The notes: a model not told the origin generated them from the sequence alone. DNA of 64,000 bases from Escherichia coli (GCF_048403405.1 NZ_CP183129.1), one strand, 5' to 3'; shown: positions 1 to 13,925, numbered from the stretch's first letter. Numbers and translations: made by a program.

Positions 1-1919
1 CGCTCACGCTCCAGCAACTGTTGCAGATATTCAGTGACGTCCTGGCTGGAGGTGAACTCTTCGCCGCACTGTTCGCTCAACTGGTTGAGACTGTTTTGCG
101 CTGCCAGCCAAACCGGCGCACGCTGCATCAAACTCTGAATGCGAGACTGCAGCTGTTCCTGTTCCTGGCGCAGTGCCATGCGCTCTTCGCGGGCGTTAGA
201 CACGCTATCGGAAAGAGAGGCAATGCGTGCTTCCAGCTCCTGATGCAGAGCTTCCAGTTCATCAATATCAAAATTCTTGCCCTGACGTTTGCAGAAATCT
301 GCCAGCAGGCGTTCGGCTTCTTGCTGCTCGCGCAGACGCTGTTCCAGTTCGCTTAAGCGCATCCGCAACGGTTGAACCTGCTCTGCCAGGTGACGCTGAT
401 CGACCCCTTCGCGCAATAGTTCGCGAGCGACATCCCACGCCTCGTTACGCGCCAGCGGGCCATTAATTGCCACCACCAGCTGATAAGCCTGCTCAAACTG
501 GCTGTGTGCGGTTTGCGCCATGCTCATTTTCTGCTCAAGAGAGAGCATTTTTTCAGTCGCTTCCAGCTCTTTCGCCTGGAAGGTTTCCAGCCATTCGGCG
601 GCGCTGTCGGCGGTTAAGTCCGGCAGATGGCACAGTTCTTTGGCACGATTAAGCGCAGCAATCGCCTGGTTATACTGGATCGCGCGCGTTTGCTGGACGT
701 CCAGCGCCTGCTGATAGTCAGCAAGCTGGCTTTTCAGCTCGTCCACTTCCAGTTCGGCAGCTTCCGCACGAGCCTCGTTCTCTTCCTGGCGTTCGATGGC
801 TTCTGCCACCACTTCGTTTTGCTCTTCCAGACGGATCTGCAGCTCATCGAGATCCGCTTCGTAACGTTCGATCTTCTCCTGCTGACGCAGTGCGGTTTGC
901 ACCAGGTTCAGGTGATCGCTGGCCGCCTGATAATCCGCTTCCAGATCGCCTTCGGCACCGTTGTGCTCTGCCAGCTCACGCGCCATATCGACGTGTTTGT
1001 ACTGCTCAGCCGCCAGTTGCTGACGCGAAGTGTGTAGCTCGCGACGAAACTCCAGGGCTTTGTCGAGATGGACACGGCGCTCGTTGGCGTGACGCATGTA
1101 GTCCGCCGCCACGTAGTTGGTGGCTTCGCTGATCAGATGCTTAAACAGGTCACGGTCCGACTGGGTGACACGAATCGCTTCCAGCGTCATGCGGTTTTCG
1201 CGCAGCGCCGCTTCCATGTCCTGGAACGCTTTCCGCACGCCGCTGTTTTCCGGCAACAGGTAGTCGCGCAGAGAGCGCGTAATGGCGCTGGAGATCCCGC
1301 CGTACAGCGAAGCTTCGATCAGACGATAGAATTTGCTACGGTCAGACGCTGAGCGCAGACGACGCGCGATGATGCCCAGATCGAACATCAGCGAGTGGTA
1401 ATCGGTAATGGAGTTGAACTGCTTAAACTGCACGCCTTCCATCGCCTCGAGCTTGTCTTTCAGCTCGTTCAGCGGCAGTACACGCGCCTGGCGTTCGTTG
1501 AGGGTTTCGGTCACCAGCTGCGTCGGCAGCACCGACATCGGCAGGCCCTGAATGGCAAACGGTTTGATATCGACTTTACGATCGCGTCCGGCAACCTGTT
1601 GCAGACGCACACCGACCACCACACGCTGGTGGCGCGAGTTAATGGTGTCGAGCATCGAATAACAGACACCCGCTTTCAGCTTACCGTGCAGACCTTTATC
1701 GCGCGAACCGCTGGTGGCCCCGGCTTCCGTGGTGTTACGGAAATGCAGCAGGGTCAGGTCGGGGATCAGCGCCGTAACGAACGCCGCCATGGTGGTGGAT
1801 TTACCCGCCCCGTTACCGCCGGAGAGCGTCGTAACCAGCTCATCGAGGTCAAAAGTTCGGGCAAAAAAGCCGTTCCAGTTAATCAGCGTCAGTGAGCGAA
1901 ATTTACCGCGTTCAATCAT
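1..1919 (-). CDS. mukB: chromosome partition protein MukB, N-terminal portion (continues beyond window start)
   Basis: Minus-strand frame starts ATG ATT GAA CGC (MIER) at 1919-1917, overlapping the mukE stop (TAATG); Walker A GGNGAGKS encoded near 1797-1823; runs off the window. Confidence 0.85.
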   Translation of the reverse strand, partial: MIERGKFRSLTLINWNGFFARTFDLDELVTTLSGGNGAGKSTTMAAFVTALIPDLTLLHFRNTTEAGATSGSRDKGLHGKLKAGVCYSMLDTINSRHQRVVVGVRLQQVAGRDRKVDIKPFAIQGLPMSVLPTQLVTETLNERQARVLPLNELKDKLEAMEGVQFKQFNSITDYHSLMFDLGIIARRLRSASDRSKFYRLIEASLYGGISSAITRSLRDYLLPENSGVRKAFQDMEAALRENRMTLEAIRVTQSDRDLFKHLISEATNYVAADYMRHANERRVHLDKALEFRRELHTSRQQLAAEQYKHVDMARELAEHNGAEGDLEADYQAASDHLNLVQTALRQQEKIERYEADLDELQIRLEEQNEVVAEAIERQEENEARAEAAELEVDELKSQLADYQQALDVQQTRAIQYNQAIAALNRAKELCHLPDLTADSAAEWLETFQAKELEATEKMLSLEQKMSMAQTAHSQFEQAYQLVVAINGPLARNEAWDVARELLREGVDQRHLAEQVQPLRMRLSELEQRLREQQEAERLLADFCKRQGKNFDIDELEALHQELEARIASLSDSVSNAREERMALRQEQEQLQSRIQSLMQRAPVWLAAQNSLNQLSEQCGEEFTSSQDVTEYLQQLLERE

Positions 1920-2623
1920 TATTCTTCCTCTCCGCTATCTGGCTGACTCTCTTCGGTTTCATCGTTGAGTTGCAGATGATTTTCAATCGGCATTGCTTCG
2001 CCATCACGAATCAGGCGACGCTGTGCTTCACGGGGATCGTCGCCAGCACGCACATCGGCTCCGAAGCGGAACACCGATTCGGTAATGCGGAACTTGCTGC
2101 TGTCGTGGCCCATAAACCACACCATGCCCAAACGACGCAGACGGTTGAGCGAAGAACGTACTTTCTCCTGCAACTTCTGCCGGTCAACGTCTGAACCGGT
2201 TGAACGGTTGTTCACCAGTTTCAGCAGTTTCGCTTCATCGGCCAGGGTGAGCAGTTCGTCGTACAGTTCCTGTTGAGTAAAAATCCCCTCATTCGCCAGC
2301 CGTTCCGGGCTGAGATAGAGATAACAGAGGATTTTCCCGACCATCATATCCAGTTCCGACAAGACAGAACGAGGGATCAGCGTGGTGGAACGTGGGCGTA
2401 AATAGAAGAACCCTTCCGGTGCACGAATAAGCTCAACGTTATAACGCGCGTAAAACTCTTCCAGATATTCCTGAAAATCCATCAGGAATGCATGATTATC
2501 CAGTTCGTCGAGGCCAATATGGCGGCCTGAACGTAAGGCGCTATCCAGCGCCGGAAATAACGGATTCGCCAGCGCCTGCGCCAGCTTAACCGGCATCACT
2601 TGTTCAATATTTGTCGATGACAT
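1919..2623 (-). CDS. mukE: chromosome partition protein MukE
   Basis: ORF track 1919..2650; protein matches MukE; start placed at ATG 2623-2621 ([12 protein letters not shown]...), which is 234 aa as recalled. Confidence 0.9.
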
Positions 2624-3926
2624 GCGCCTGTACCTTGGCTCCGTAATCATTAATCGGCTGCCATTTCGCTGGCAGTCCGGTGAAATCTGCTTGCGCTACG
2701 CCAAGACGTACCGCCTGATCAATAACAATGCGCGCAACGTCAAAGTGACGTGCACGCGGATACTGTGACAGATATTCGCGTACCACCAGACCAAGATCCA
2801 GCGGCACTTGTCTGGTTTTGTACACGGCGAGTTGTTCTTCGATGATCGCCGCCAGCTGTTCGCGGATCTCGTTAAACTCTTCGTATTCCAGATCCTCAGG
2901 AAGTTCCCCAGTCACTTCTTCATCGCGCAGTGCCATCTCTTCGTCACGCATATCCAGCAGACGATCGGCATTGGCATAAGTTAGCGCCCACGGCTCATCA
3001 AAATAGGTTTGTACCGACTGACGTAACCGCTGAGCAAAGACACGGTTTTTATCCATATCGATAGCGGTACGGATAAATTTATGTACGTGGCGGTCGTAGC
3101 CAATCCACAAATCGATGGATTGCTGGCCCCAGCTGATAATACGGTCAAGTTTGCTCTGCAGATCGAATACCAGACGATCGACAAAATGCAGATCGTCATG
3201 GGTCATCGTCGCATCCTGAATGCGCAACAGATTAGCCTGCAATTTGTCGCCTGCCGCTTCCAGCGTATCCTGCAATTCACGCAGCGTTCCGGAAGTTTCC
3301 GAAAGCAACAATTCACAGCTGGAGATCGCCGCCCGCCAGTCTTTGTTCAGCAACTGGGCGATATCGTCCTTCACCTGCTGCTGCTGTTCGTCCATCAGAC
3401 GTTGCGTCAGGTCGATACTGTCGAAAATTTCTGCTACCGAATATTTCAGTGGCGCATAAACATTACGGTGCCAGTGAAATTCATCACCGCCCTCTTCGGC
3501 GGCATCTGCCGCGCGTTTGAGCTCACCCGCCACAATCGACAACTGCATAGAAAGGCGCAGCGTAGAAAACTCGCGCTGACGGATGTAATAGTCAGTAATG
3601 CCGATGCCGAGCGGCGTCAGACGGTAAATTGCGTTCCCTTCCGCCTGCTCGCTGGTAAAGCGGTTCAGCAGACGTTGACGCACCATGTCGTTGATCGCGT
3701 TGTTGGCGCGCACGCCGATGGTTTCGCTGGTTTGCTCAAACGCATCACTCACATGGCGGAATGCATCCACCAGCTCGCCTTCACTCATCTCACCATCCAG
3801 ACGCTCGCCGTTCAGCGTGGCAACCGCCAGCAGAAAAGAGAGTCGGTCTACCGGCAGCGAGATGGAGAAGTCATTTTTTCTGGCCCAGGCAACCAGTTCG
3901 GGGACTGTCTGGGAAAATTCACTCAT
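2604..3926 (-). CDS. mukF: chromosome partition protein MukF (kleisin)
   Basis: 440-aa ORF; sequence recognised as MukF; sits between mukE and smtA in the expected order. Confidence 0.93.
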
Positions 3927-4708
3927 ACTTTATCCTTGCTCTGCGGTTTGCGCGCGGTGACATGAATATAACGCCCCAGGGTAATATACGGTTCCTGACG
4001 GCAATAACGCGTTTCTAATTCAAGTAATGCTTCATAGCAGTCGCGCTGCTGGTGCTTCTCGCGCAGATAATCATGAAACACGCGAACGCCTGTCTTACCC
4101 ATAATTTGCCAACCAGCTTCTTCCAGCCACAGATAAACCTGCGCCGGGTCGCGTGGATAATCTGGCGAAAGCGTCCGTTTTTTCTTTTTCGGCATTCCCG
4201 CCTGCACGTAATCAAAATTCCCGGCGACCATGTTATGCATCAGCAAGCCGTGCGCATTGTAGAACATTAACGACAACACACCGCCTGGACGCAACACTGA
4301 CCACAGGGTCTGTAATACGCTGCGGGGATCGGCCACCCACTCGAGCACCGCATGGAACAATATCAGATCAACGGGCGTTTCCAAATGCGAAGCAACATCC
4401 TGAGCGGCGCAATGTATAAATTGCATGTTGTCGCTCACACCTTTTGCTTCTGCCGCCTGTTTTGCGCGGTCGATCATCTGCGCAGAAAGATCGCATAAAA
4501 TGACCTGATGCCCACGCTCGGCCATTTTGATTGCGGTCTGCCCTTCTCCACCGCCAGCATCCAGCACACGCAGTTTTTGCGGGCCCATTTCCGCCAGCAC
4601 GCGATCGAGATCCTGCCACAGAATAGCCTGTCGAAGCTGCCCTTTGGTGGTGCCGTAAATGTTACGGGAAAACTTTTCCGCAATATCATCAAAATTGCGA
4701 TCCTGCAT
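3923..4708 (-). CDS. smtA: SAM-dependent methyltransferase SmtA/CmoM
   Basis: ORF 3923..4720; methyltransferase motif VLDAGGGEG; start placed at ATG 4708-4706 (MQDRNFDD...), 261 aa. Confidence 0.9.
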
Positions 4709-4843
4709 TGCTTTCTCCACCGGTTGGCTAAGACGTTTTCTGATAAAGACGCTATTTTGTCACAGCCACGGCGAGAATGAACCCGTCTGGTGTAATATCG
4801 CTGGCGATCCCTTGCTATATGGTTAAAAAAGGAACCAGAAAGG

Positions 4844-5623
4844 ATGCTTTTTACACTGAAAAAAGTGATTGGCAATATGTTGCTGCCACTTCCGCTGATG
4901 TTGTTGATTATTGGCGCTGGCCTGGCGCTGCTGTGGTTTAGCCGTTTTCAAAAAACCGGGAAGATTTTTATTAGCATTGGGTGGCTGGCGCTCTTGTTAT
5001 TGAGTTTGCAACCGGTAGCCGACCGCCTGCTGCGTCCCATCGAAAGCACCTATCCGACATGGAATAATTCGCAAAAAGTGGACTATATCGTGGTGCTCGG
5101 AGGTGGTTATACCTGGAACCCGCAGTGGGCACCAAGCTCGAATTTAATCAATAACAGTCTGCCCCGCCTGAATGAAGGTATTCGCTTATGGCGCGAAAAT
5201 CCGGGATCAAAACTGATCTTCACGGGAGGCGTAGCAAAAACCAATACGGTGAGTACAGCCGAAGTAGGTGCCCGAGTTGCGCAATCGCTGGGCGTGCCGC
5301 GCGAGCAAATTATCACTCTGGATTTGCCAAAAGATACCGAAGAAGAAGCTGCGGCAGTGAAACAGGCGATTGGTGACGCCCCTTTCCTGCTGGTGACATC
5401 CGCGTCTCATTTGCCGCGGGCGATGATCTTTTTTCAGCAGGAAGGGTTAAATCCGCTGCCAGCCCCGGCGAATCAGTTGGCCATCGACTCGCCGCTTAAC
5501 CCGTGGGAACGGGCAATCCCTTCTCCGGTCTGGTTGATGCATAGCGATCGTGTTGGCTATGAAACGCTTGGCCGTATCTGGCAGTGGCTAAAAAGTTCGT
5601 CAGACGAGCCACGGCAAGAGTGA
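4844..5623 (+). CDS. elyC: envelope biogenesis factor ElyC (DUF218 membrane protein)
   Basis: 259-aa ORF with N-terminal TM helix; matches ElyC/YcbC as recalled; position next to smtA. Confidence 0.88.
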   Translation: MLFTLKKVIGNMLLPLPLMLLIIGAGLALLWFSRFQKTGKIFISIGWLALLLLSLQPVADRLLRPIESTYPTWNNSQKVDYIVVLGGGYTWNPQWAPSSNLINNSLPRLNEGIRLWRENPGSKLIFTGGVAKTNTVSTAEVGARVAQSLGVPREQIITLDLPKDTEEEAAAVKQAIGDAPFLLVTSASHLPRAMIFFQQEGLNPLPAPANQLAIDSPLNPWERAIPSPVWLMHSDRVGYETLGRIWQWLKSSSDEPRQE

Positions 5624-6493
5624 TTTTGATGCCAGATCGAAGTTGCGCCGACTAAATCGTCCGGTATTAACCAGTTGCGCAACTTCATCCCATAACACAT
5701 ACAACCAACGCCGCCAGATGAATGACTCCGCCACTGGCGCGCGTTGCAGGTAACTCCAGAGCAAATCTTCCGCCAGAGAATTATCCATTAGTCGGAACAG
5801 TTCGTATTCTCGCGGTGCCCAAAGCATTAGTCCCGGCCCGACCATCGCCAGTAACTGATCGCTGCGCGAATCTTTCAGCATGCTGCGTAAACAGAAGTTA
5901 CCGTGAATCAGCACACAATTGTCGTTAAAGCCTTCAAATAATGCCGGGAGACATTCGCGAGTACGAAACAGGATCCGCTTATCCTGCATCGTTAGCCCGG
6001 TGTTATTGAACTGATTGAGCGTAGTCCATAGCACTTCAACATGTTGCCGGTACCATGAGGGCCAGAAATTTTCCTGAGTATTGTCGACCGCGCCGACGCA
6101 ACCGCGACTGTCCTGACGGTGCCAGGCCAGTAAGGCTTCAACGATTTGATCTTTGAGTTGTTCCCAGCGTTCTGGTGTTCGGGCTGGTGCCTCCACCGAA
6201 ACACCACGCATCCGCTCCAGTAGCAGGACATCGGGGCCGGGGTGTTCTTCATGCGTCATCACACCATAAATAGTCGGCATACGGACAGTTCCACTTCTTG
6301 CCAGCATGGTGGTTTTCCATGCCAGTTGTCGGGCTTTTCCGGGCGTACTAAAGCTTCTTGCCATTAACGGCATTGGGTTTCCCTGGCTGTCATACAAAGC
6401 CCACAACGCCGTATCCGCTTTTTCATTGACGCACTCAATACGACTGAGTTTTTCGCCCAGTAAATGGCTTAATTCGGCACGCAGCTGTTCCAT
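5600..6493 (-). CDS. ycbJ: putative phosphotransferase/kinase-like protein YcbJ
   Basis: 297-aa ORF; synteny between elyC and kdsB. Confidence 0.85.
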   Translation of the reverse strand: MEQLRAELSHLLGEKLSRIECVNEKADTALWALYDSQGNPMPLMARSFSTPGKARQLAWKTTMLARSGTVRMPTIYGVMTHEEHPGPDVLLLERMRGVSVEAPARTPERWEQLKDQIVEALLAWHRQDSRGCVGAVDNTQENFWPSWYRQHVEVLWTTLNQFNNTGLTMQDKRILFRTRECLPALFEGFNDNCVLIHGNFCLRSMLKDSRSDQLLAMVGPGLMLWAPREYELFRLMDNSLAEDLLWSYLQRAPVAESFIWRRWLYVLWDEVAQLVNTGRFSRRNFDLASKSLLPWLV

Positions 6494-6646
6494 TCAGATT
6501 ACCCTCATAAAAGCTACTGCTTTCATAATGAGCGCCAATATAAAAGATGTCACCTGAATGAGATCAATTGTTGAAAAGAAAAATTGAGGAAAATCGTAAC
6601 GGTACGACACTCCTCCCAAAATTGGCTGGAGTGTCGTGAAGTGAAA

Positions 6647-7572
<926 letters not shown>

Positions 7573-7623
7573 AGTTCCTCCAGATGGATCGGGTTATGAA
7601 TGCATAAATCTTATCATAATCAT

Positions 7624-8856
7624 TTATGCGACGGGGTCTATTTCCCAGCCGGTGCGGCAATCAGTAAAGAGGCCTTGCGGGCAGCGTCCTAATGTCACCC
7701 GCGTTGCCTGCTGCCAGTTAGCGAAATCAGTAATCGCCTGACGTAACCCTTTTTGCAGCGTTGTCGTTGGTTTAATGCCTTCTTGTAACCACAGAGAGAT
7801 AACTTCAAGGATGCCTGTCTGGCGATGCATTTTGGCATCCATTCGCCCAACTAATTGCCCACGATGTAATAACGGCAGAACAAAATAGCCATACTGGCGT
7901 TTCGGCGCTGGGGTATAGCACTCCAGCCGGTAGCTAAAATCAAAAAGCTGCTCTGCGCGTTTGCGATCCCAGACAACAGGATCAAAAGGCGAAAGTACCG
8001 CGCTGTGCGTTGCAGTGAGCTTTCCGGCCAGCGCACGCTCGAGTAGCGGCAGCAAATCAGCATGCAGCCAAAGATTGCCCAATTTTTCAACATGCACAGC
8101 AATGATTTGCTGCTGTTCAGCCCTCGCTTCGCGCCAAACCGCCAGTGCCGGACGTTTCAGCCGATAGTAATCTGCCAGCCACTGTTCGCGGAATATGCCA
8201 AGGCTACGCGCACTGTTATCCAGCATGATGATTTCTGCTTCTGTTTGCGAAACGAGATCGCGCTCATCATCCCAGTCAGGCATGACACGATGGGTTAAAT
8301 CATAAACGCGCTGGAAGTTGCGCCGTTCAATCACCATCACTTTCCCGGCAGTAAATAAACCTTCCAGATGCCGTTTATGCGGCTTCCATTCCCACCAGCC
8401 GCTTGCACCTTTACGAGGATGCTCAAAATCGGCTGAACGTACCGGCCCCTTATCATGAATATGCTGAATTAACTGTGCAATTTCCGCCGCATGTTCCTGC
8501 ATCCAGGCGTCTTTGTATTTCCAGCCCATTTTTTCAGGTGCCAGCATGCGGTGGCGAATAAGACGAAAGTCGCTACGCGGCATAAAGCAGGCTTCATGCG
8601 CCCAGTATTCCATTAATTCGCCACGCGCCAGAGACTCATCCAGCCACTGGGCAGGATAATTTCCCAGACGACTGAAAAGCACCAGATATGGACTACGGGC
8701 AACAATATTAATGGTATCGATTTGCAGCAAGGACATTCGGGAGATCGTTGCCGGAATATCCTCCAACGACGCTCGACGGCGGGGTTTGTTTAACAGGCCT
8801 TGCGCGGCGAGGTGAAGATTACGCGCATCAGCAAGAGAGAGGTGCGGCAGCGACAT
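7624..8856 (-). CDS. ycaQ: winged-helix DNA-binding protein YcaQ
   Basis: 410-aa ORF; synteny between ycaR and lpxK. Confidence 0.87.
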   Translation of the reverse strand: MSLPHLSLADARNLHLAAQGLLNKPRRRASLEDIPATISRMSLLQIDTINIVARSPYLVLFSRLGNYPAQWLDESLARGELMEYWAHEACFMPRSDFRLIRHRMLAPEKMGWKYKDAWMQEHAAEIAQLIQHIHDKGPVRSADFEHPRKGASGWWEWKPHKRHLEGLFTAGKVMVIERRNFQRVYDLTHRVMPDWDDERDLVSQTEAEIIMLDNSARSLGIFREQWLADYYRLKRPALAVWREARAEQQQIIAVHVEKLGNLWLHADLLPLLERALAGKLTATHSAVLSPFDPVVWDRKRAEQLFDFSYRLECYTPAPKRQYGYFVLPLLHRGQLVGRMDAKMHRQTGILEVISLWLQEGIKPTTTLQKGLRQAITDFANWQQATRVTLGRCPQGLFTDCRTGWEIDPVA

Positions 8857-8892
8857 TCATGACTCCATCAATCGAACGCTGCCGCGGCGTAA

Positions 8893-9879
8893 CTAGTTGC
8901 CAGAAGCCAGCGAGGTTAGTTGCGCAAGCAGTTTCGCTGGTTCATCACCTGAAAGCTGTGCGTCTACAGGCAAATACCACCAATTTTCTTCTGCAAAGGC
9001 CCGGCATTTCACCGCATCTTTTTCAGTCATTACCAGCGTTTGCCCGGCGTTTACCAACGCACTAACATCCGCATGGTTCAAAGACTGATGATCGGCCAGT
9101 GGTACACATTTTTCCGGTTGTACGCCGCACATCTTCAGCGTGGCAAAAAAGCGCGGCGGATGCCCAATCCCTGCCATCGCCACCACATGTTCAAGCTGAG
9201 CAACGTCACAACGCATACCGGTACGCAAATTCACCGCCTGACCCGGCAGCAGATGCATGGGGATTTCACCGCTGCGTGGGACACCGCCGTTGACGATTAC
9301 CGCATCAACCGACTTTAAGCGCCCCGCTCGCTCACGCATTGGCCCCGCCGGCAACCACCAGCCATTGCCAAAGCGACGCACACCATCAATAACGACGATT
9401 TCCATATCACGCGCCAGACGATAATGCTGTAAACCGTCGTCGGTTACGATGATCTGCACATCAGGGTGTTGCGCCAGAATGGCTTTTACCGCATCAGAAC
9501 GCACGGGAGAAACCGCAACAGGCGCATCAGTGCGTTGATAAATCAACACAGGTTCATCACCCGCCTGTGCTGTGGTGGTATCTGCCGACAATAACAGCGG
9601 ATAAGATTCAGCCTTACCACCATATCCCCGCGATACGACCCCCACGCGAATACCGCGCTGTTGCAGCTGTTCCACCAGCCAGATAACGACCGGGGTTTTT
9701 CCGTTGCCGCCTGCGGTGAGATTACCAACCACGACAACCGGTACGGGGGCACGCCAGGCGCGCTTCAGTTTTAGTTTATAGCAAAGACGGATCGCGCCAC
9801 TCACCAGGCCATACAACCAGGAGAGTGGCAGCAATAGCCGCCACAAAGGGGATTCACCAGACCAGATTTTTTCGATCAT
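8893..9879 (-). CDS. lpxK: tetraacyldisaccharide 4'-kinase
   Basis: 328-aa ORF with P-loop [12 protein letters not shown]; overlaps msbA stop. Confidence 0.94.
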   Translation of the reverse strand: MIEKIWSGESPLWRLLLPLSWLYGLVSGAIRLCYKLKLKRAWRAPVPVVVVGNLTAGGNGKTPVVIWLVEQLQQRGIRVGVVSRGYGGKAESYPLLLSADTTTAQAGDEPVLIYQRTDAPVAVSPVRSDAVKAILAQHPDVQIIVTDDGLQHYRLARDMEIVVIDGVRRFGNGWWLPAGPMRERAGRLKSVDAVIVNGGVPRSGEIPMHLLPGQAVNLRTGMRCDVAQLEHVVAMAGIGHPPRFFATLKMCGVQPEKCVPLADHQSLNHADVSALVNAGQTLVMTEKDAVKCRAFAEENWWYLPVDAQLSGDEPAKLLAQLTSLASGN

Positions 9880-11624
9880 TGACCAAACTGCATTTTGTGA
9901 AGTTGCGCGTAAACGCCACGGTGCTCAAGCAAATCGTTATGCGTACCGCGTTCCACAATGACACCATCCTCGACGACCACGATTTCGTCTGCCTTTTCAA
10001 TGGTAGACAAGCGGTGGGCAATCACCAGAGAGGTACGGTTTTTCTGCAACTCATCCAGTGCCGCCTGAATCGCACGTTCGGATTCGGTATCCAACGCCGA
10101 GGTAGCTTCGTCCAGAATCAGAATCGGGCTATCACGCAACAAGGCTCGAGCGATAGCAATACGCTGACGCTGACCGCCAGAGAGCAGCACGCCGTTTTCA
10201 CCAATCACTGTATCGAGACCGTTATCCATCTTATTGATGAAGTCCATGGCGTAGGCCATACGCGCCGCTTCTTCAATTTGCTCACGGCTGTACTGTTCAG
10301 TCCGTGCGTAAGCAATGTTGTTAGCAACCGTATCGTTAAACAGATGGACATTCTGCGACACCAGAGCAACCTGGTTACGTAACGACGCCAGGGTATACTC
10401 GCGCAGATCGTGACCATCCATCAGAATTTCGCCTTCATCAATATCGTAAAAACGCGTGATCAGGCTGGCGATGGTTGATTTACCCGAACCAGAGCGTCCA
10501 ACCAGAGCAACCGTCTTCCCTGCCGGAATTTTCAGGTTGATGTTACGCAATGCGGGTACGTCACGTCCCGGATAAGTAAAGGTGACATTGCGGAATTCCA
10601 CGTCGCCAGTCGCACGCTCGATCACGCGCTTACCTTCGTCTTTCTCCTGCTCACTGTCCAGAATGGTAAACAGCGTCTGACAAGCCGCCATACCGCGCTG
10701 GAACTGGGCGTTAACGTTGGTCAGCGATTTCAGCGGACGCATCAGTGCAATCATTGAAGAGAAAACAACGGTAATCGTACCGGCAGTCAGGTTATCCATA
10801 ACACTTGGGAAGCTCGCCGCATACAGAACAAACGCCAGCGCCAAAGAGGCGATCAGCTGAATGATCGGATCAGAGATGGAAGAGGCTGAAACCATTTTCA
10901 TCCCCTGAAGACGCATTCGGTTACTGACTTTATCGAAGCGTTTCGTTTCCACTTCCTGACCACCGAAAATCAATACTTCTTTGTGGCCCTTCAGCATTTG
11001 TTCTGCGCTGGTGGTTACCTGCCCCATGGTGTTCTGCATGTTTTTACTGATATTGCGAAAACGCTTCGATACAACGCGAATCGCAATCGAAACAATCGGT
11101 GCCAGCACAATCAAAATGATCGACAGTTGCCAACTGTAATAGAACATCATGATGAACAGGCCGATGATCGACGCACCTTCACGCACAACAGTAATCAGTG
11201 CGCCGGAAGAGGAAGAAGCAACCTGTTCGGAATCGTAGGTGATACGTGACAACAGCGTACCCGTTGACTGTTTGTCAAAGAATGAAACCGGCATTCCCAT
11301 CATGTGACCAAACAGGCGGCGACGCATGGTCATTACCACCTTTCCTGATACCCAGGAGATACAGTAGCTGGAGACATAGCTGGTGATACCACGTAAAATC
11401 ATCAGCCCGATCACCACCAGCGGCATCCACACCAGCACGGAGCGATCTGTTTTACCAAAGCCATCATCAAGAAGTGGCTTAAGGAGCGATAACATGAAGG
11501 TATCGCTGGCTGCGTTGAGGATTAACGCTACGCCCGCCACGATCAGACCCGCTTTGAAAGGCGCAATGGTTGGCCACAGTCGGCGGAATGTCTGCCACGT
11601 AGAGAGATCTTTGTCGTTATGCAT
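9876..11624 (-). CDS. msbA: lipid A export ABC transporter ATP-binding/permease MsbA
   Basis: 582-aa ORF; Walker [13 protein letters not shown] signature LSGGQRQR, N-terminal TM domain. Confidence 0.96.
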   Translation of the reverse strand: MHNDKDLSTWQTFRRLWPTIAPFKAGLIVAGVALILNAASDTFMLSLLKPLLDDGFGKTDRSVLVWMPLVVIGLMILRGITSYVSSYCISWVSGKVVMTMRRRLFGHMMGMPVSFFDKQSTGTLLSRITYDSEQVASSSSGALITVVREGASIIGLFIMMFYYSWQLSIILIVLAPIVSIAIRVVSKRFRNISKNMQNTMGQVTTSAEQMLKGHKEVLIFGGQEVETKRFDKVSNRMRLQGMKMVSASSISDPIIQLIASLALAFVLYAASFPSVMDNLTAGTITVVFSSMIALMRPLKSLTNVNAQFQRGMAACQTLFTILDSEQEKDEGKRVIERATGDVEFRNVTFTYPGRDVPALRNINLKIPAGKTVALVGRSGSGKSTIASLITRFYDIDEGEILMDGHDLREYTLASLRNQVALVSQNVHLFNDTVANNIAYARTEQYSREQIEEAARMAYAMDFINKMDNGLDTVIGENGVLLSGGQRQRIAIARALLRDSPILILDEATSALDTESERAIQAALDELQKNRTSLVIAHRLSTIEKADEIVVVEDGVIVERGTHNDLLEHRGVYAQLHKMQFGQ

Positions 11625-11660
11625 TCAAAAAACCAGCATTTGTTGAAATAGCCGCATATT

Positions 11661-13925
11661 CTACCCGTTATCCACTGGCACGCCAAACCACTGATGATAC
11701 CAACGAGGTAAAATTTGCTCCCTGAAGCTGCTAATCCGCCAGCCTTGCGCTGAAAAATTGACCGTCATTTGCCCCTGATGAGGAGTATCAAGCCACTTAT
11801 AACCCTGTTGTTGATAGCGATGTTTAACTTTGCTTGAGGGCAGTCGCCATGCGTTATAGCGCGATGCCGATGCGAGTGCCACTTTTCCATTCACTCGCTG
11901 AATTAATGGCAACGATGATGAGGTATTACTGCCATGGTGAGGTACCTGAAGTAATGTTGCCTGCATTTGCTGCCAGTAACGGCTTAGCATCTTTTGTTCA
12001 GCGGGGGCTTCAATATCACCGGTTAGAAGAATGCTATTCGTCCCGTCATCAATCTTAACCACACAGGAATGGTTATTTCCTTTATCGTTGCTACCTTGTA
12101 AAGGCCAGTGCGCGCTGAAACTCAATCCTTGCCATTGCCACGCTTCGCCACGCACACAGGGCTGATGATGTTCCCAGTTTAACGGACTTCTGATCCATAA
12201 CATCGGCCATGTATGCAATATTGAGTCCAGCCCTCCCCGGTGATCCAGATGTTCATGACTCAGAATAACGCCTTCCGGTTCAAGATTATGCCAGTGGAGC
12301 CAGGGGATAATCAGTTGTTGCCCACTATCCCCTTCGGGCCAGGCCAGTCCCGTGTCATAGAGAATCGCTTTGCCGTTTCTGGCTATCACCATTGCCAGCC
12401 CTTGCCCGACATCAAGCATGTACACTTGCCACTCGTCAGGTCGAGGTTTTTGCCACAGCGGCCAGCACATCAGCAAGCCTACAGCCACACACATTGCTGG
12501 CAACGTTCGCCAGGCGTTTAATCGCCATACCACCAGTAAGAACCATGGGGAAAATGTTAGCCATTGCCAACGTTCAGCAATGTTGATCCACCCTTCCGGC
12601 AAACTCTTTAACCCCCAGAAAAGTAAAGCCAAAGACCGGTCGGCAAGAAACCATAATCCTTGTTCCAGAATAAGCGGCCCGCTTAAATGCACAACCATCG
12701 CGGCGAGGATCAACGGAACCGTGATAAATGTCACCAGGGGAATTGCAAAAAGATTTGCAATAAACGAGGTCAGACTAATGCCATGAAATATGACGATTTG
12801 CACGGGCATAAGCAGGAGGGTGATTCCCAGTTGCAGATGGATGAGGGAAACAACCGCACGCAATACCGGCGGCAGCTGCCACTCAGGACAGGGAAACCAC
12901 TGATACCAAAAAATCAGTGCCGCGACCGCAGCGGCAGAGAGCCATAAACTTTGCGAGAGAATGGCAACAGGATCCATCAACAAAATTGCCGCCAGACAAC
13001 ATATCCATACATCCCAGCCACTCCATTGTCGCCCACTTAACTTAAGCATTCCCCACATGGCAAGCGCCACCACGGTACGCAATGCAGGAGGTTGCATCCC
13101 AGTCAGCCAGGCATAAAAAGCAGCACAGCAGATTCCGCCAATTAATGGCATTTGCCATTGGATCCAGCGCCCGGGCAGAAAAACTTGCCCACCGCGAATG
13201 AGTCCGGCAGCCAGCAACGCCGCAAAAGCGATATGCAATCCCGATATCGCCATTAAATGCGCCGTTCCAGTATCGCGCATGATATTTTTGATTTCTTTGG
13301 GAACGGATAACCGTTCCCCCATACCTAAACCAAGAATAACCGCATTCCACATATAGGGTTGCAGCGTTGTTTGTAGTGACGCCAGATACTGTGCACGCAG
13401 GCTACAATTCGGTTCAATGACACTTGCCTGCAGAAATCGGCCGGTGAGCGGCTGATGCTGGGCAATGGCATAACGCTGGCTATCAAAGCCGCCATCATTA
13501 AGTTGGCCATGAACTGCACGAACTTTGAGTTTCATTGACCACAGTTGTCCAGCACAAACCGCTTGCGGAAGATATTCGCCATACAGCACGAGGCCTGGCG
13601 CAGGGAATATACGTCGACCTTGTAGATGAGTAATTTGACCGTAATGAGTGGTCATACCGTCAGTAGCAGTGATCTCAACAATTGCATCCTGCGTCGCGCC
13701 AGTTAACGTTTCTCCTGCCCACAAAATTTGCTTTGCTGCTAATATGCCCCAAACGAAAAACAGCAACGTCAGCGCGATATAACGGACAGTTTTAAAAGGG
13801 ATAAATACCAGTACGCAGGCGAAGACGGTCAGAGACGCAAGGGTTAATGTCCCAGGCAATTGTGGCAAAACCAGCAACGGAAAAATTCCGCAAATTATGC
13901 ATACGCCGACTGTCGTTATTTTCAT
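11661..13925 (-). CDS. ycaI: ComEC/Rec2-family inner membrane protein YcaI
   Basis: ORF 11661..14003; polytopic membrane N-terminus plus C-terminal metallo-beta-lactamase-like HxHxDH region; start placed at ATG 13925-13923 (MKITTVG...), 754 aa. Confidence 0.88.
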   Translation of the reverse strand: MKITTVGVCIICGIFPLLVLPQLPGTLTLASLTVFACVLVFIPFKTVRYIALTLLFFVWGILAAKQILWAGETLTGATQDAIVEITATDGMTTHYGQITHLQGRRIFPAPGLVLYGEYLPQAVCAGQLWSMKLKVRAVHGQLNDGGFDSQRYAIAQHQPLTGRFLQASVIEPNCSLRAQYLASLQTTLQPYMWNAVILGLGMGERLSVPKEIKNIMRDTGTAHLMAISGLHIAFAALLAAGLIRGGQVFLPGRWIQWQMPLIGGICCAAFYAWLTGMQPPALRTVVALAMWGMLKLSGRQWSGWDVWICCLAAILLMDPVAILSQSLWLSAAAVAALIFWYQWFPCPEWQLPPVLRAVVSLIHLQLGITLLLMPVQIVIFHGISLTSFIANLFAIPLVTFITVPLILAAMVVHLSGPLILEQGLWFLADRSLALLFWGLKSLPEGWINIAERWQWLTFSPWFLLVVWRLNAWRTLPAMCVAVGLLMCWPLWQKPRPDEWQVYMLDVGQGLAMVIARNGKAILYDTGLAWPEGDSGQQLIIPWLHWHNLEPEGVILSHEHLDHRGGLDSILHTWPMLWIRSPLNWEHHQPCVRGEAWQWQGLSFSAHWPLQGSNDKGNNHSCVVKIDDGTNSILLTGDIEAPAEQKMLSRYWQQMQATLLQVPHHGSNTSSSLPLIQRVNGKVALASASRYNAWRLPSSKVKHRYQQQGYKWLDTPHQGQMTVNFSAQGWRISSFREQILPRWYHQWFGVPVDNG

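Noticed and set aside
627-1895. Several plus-strand ORFs (627..1037, 1068..1352, 1395..1895) within the mukB region
   Set aside because: The minus strand here encodes the MukB N-terminus (Walker A and MIER start identified); these are antisense artefacts.
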